A DNA stretch of 64,000 nucleotides from Callorhinchus milii (taxonomy: Eukaryota), in contig NW_024704742.1 in NCBI RefSeq assembly GCF_018977255.1, positions 74,154,001 to 74,218,000 of the forward strand. The letters are read 5' to 3'. The translations under genes were made by a program, and so were the position numbers. This document shows, one piece after another, positions 62,536-64,000 of the stretch (within the stretch, counting starts at the first letter, position 1; every line of letters begins with the position of its first letter). The notes beneath the pieces were generated by a model. The model was not told the DNA's origin. It was given only the letters and a program-made list of their open reading frames with translations, and did no database searches.

Positions 62536-63166
62536 GAGAATACGTGCTGCCTGTCTGAAGGGATGGAGGGAGAACACAAATGGCTCTCATCTGAGCTGCC
62601 CCCTCACGTCCATGCCGCCAAATGTGATCTGGCAGAAGTAGGTGATATAGCACAATAATTCTTCTCTCATTAATAAGAAAGCCATGACTGAGGAATTTAG
62701 ACAAGAGGTGAACCCCAAGCTCCTTCGAGACCTGTCAGTAGTTTTCATGGCTACTACATTCACACCTTGCCCACAGTGCTGCAGCACGTGCTTCCTGAAT
62801 TGTTGCTAAATTATCTCCTCTTTTGATCCTTGCAGGTCAAGCAGCCGAGATTGTGATCTGTGTAAATGGTTCTCACAGCTGGAGAGATGGTCACCCTGTC
62901 TCTGCCAAGTCAATGGATGATGCACTTCCCAGCAGGGGCCAGCCTCCGCCGCTTCCCCTAAAGAAAGTCGGAAATAGAACAACCTCCGCCCCCGACTGCT
63001 CATCTTGGAGGGACTTATCACCGAGGAGAACCAATACGTCTTCCAGCAGCAGCTACCTGAATGTCAGTGTTTCTGATGGTGTCCTCCATGGACATGAGGG
63101 GGGCAGCTCAGATGAGTGCCATTTGTGTTCTCCCTCCAGCCCTTCAGACAGGCAGCATGTATTCTC
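62536..63166. repeat. Intron-exon inverted repeat (62536-62614 / 63087-63166)
   Basis: Manual alignment: 75 of 80 positions identical (4 substitutions, 1 indel). Confidence 0.95.
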
Positions 63167-63581
63167 TTCCTGTGAGTCGCTGGAGAAGTGTGTTCCTGGC
63201 TACATGCACAAAGCTCACAGTTCAGATGACAACTCCAACAGGAATGATCAAAGCCTTCGGTCTGTTTCTTCCAATCAGATCAGCTTAGCTAATCAGAGCT
63301 CCTCAGTCTCGAATCTGCAGCTGCACAGACTCCTCAGTAACATGGACAGTAAGGAAGGGATGCACGCCAAGCTGGGCAGCCTGTACGCAGAGTCCCTCCG
63401 GCGACTGGCAGTCAAGTGTGAAGATTTCTTTATGCGAGGGCAGAAAGCACAACTGCACTTCAATGAAAACAACTGGTCAGATTTCAAGCTGATATGTAAT
63501 CAGCCTTGCTGTGATGCTGGTGATGCTATTTACTATTCAGCAGCCTTTGCCAGGGACCCAGACAACCAATATGCAGTAAAG
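62836..63581 (+). CDS. PRAG1: PRAG1 coding exon: PxxPxK and 14-3-3 motifs, SHED N-terminal helix and start of the pseudokinase domain (...NQYAVK); final exon is beyond the window
   Basis: ttgcag|GTCAAG...GTAAAG|gtatgt; 746 nt; PPPLPLKK, RTTSAP, LYAESLRRLAVKCEDFFM, FNENNWSDF, PCCDAGDAIYY, YAVK. Confidence 0.95.
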
Positions 63582-64000
63582 GTATGTTTATCAGAGTCTA
63601 ATCTGCAGTATTTCTGAATGGATTTCTTAATAAGAAATGTGTAATTATCGAATCTCTAAAACTTTGAATCTATCCTTCAGCACATTTCTAGGTTTTAGAT
63701 ATTCAAAAGTGGCATATTTCTTATTTTATAATAATAATAATCTTTGCATTTGATATAGTGCCTTATCACGTCGTTGCGACGTCTCAAAGCGCTTCACAGA
63801 ACATATTGTAAATTCTGAGATTTGTTAATTTGTTACTTCAAATTAGATCTCATCATTGACATTGCTAATGAGTTAATTAGAGTAAATTCCATGCAATTAA
63901 TCTACAGCGCTTGGGCAAAGACTCAAACGGGACAAATATACACTCAATAAAGAAACGATTGAAGTGGGAGGGCAATTTGTTTATCCGTTATCTGGGATCT

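Noticed and set aside
62396..62704. Minus-strand 102-aa ORF resembling ORF 63061-63288
   Set aside because: Not a gene: the similarity is the off-frame translation of the inverted exon copy reported as a finding.
45187..63581. PEAK1 or PEAK3 identity
   Set aside because: EPIYA, YLSSPDSAV, KPGSCKNCF and the separate 170-nt STESLGSDS exon fit PRAG1 better; a formal phylogeny has not been run.

Overview
Vertebrate genomic DNA, very likely from a cartilaginous fish (judged from the CR1/L2 LINE tails, Deu-domain SINEs and palindromic Penelope-derived elements; possibly a holocephalan). There are two + strand genes. (1) Glutathione-disulfide reductase (GSR): coding exons 2-13 at 679-16081, 420 codons plus stop, all GT-AG and in phase; exon 1 lies upstream of the window; probable poly(A) signals at 17889 and 18220. 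(2) PRAG1/pragmin (SgK223 pseudokinase): probable CpG-rich promoter and non-coding exon 1 near 39.4-39.7 kb, a probable 95-nt 5'UTR exon, and four coding exons (45187-63581, 1118 codons); the last exon lies beyond the window. Much of the rest is retroposon debris: L2 and CR1 LINE fragments, two tRNA-headed SINE families and an unclassified ~560-bp repeat. The best unexplained signal is an intronic ~80-bp inverted copy of a PRAG1 coding segment (62536-62614 versus 63087-63166). It would pair with the exon across the splice acceptor and place an A:C mismatch in a His codon, which is the layout of an ADAR editing-complementary sequence. Other signals are a TSD-flanked palindromic element with a hammerhead-like core just after the GSR poly(A) signal, several inverted or direct duplications of unique DNA, and one SINE split into four pieces by three later insertions. 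Repeat boundaries are approximate and family names come from recalled motifs, not database searches.
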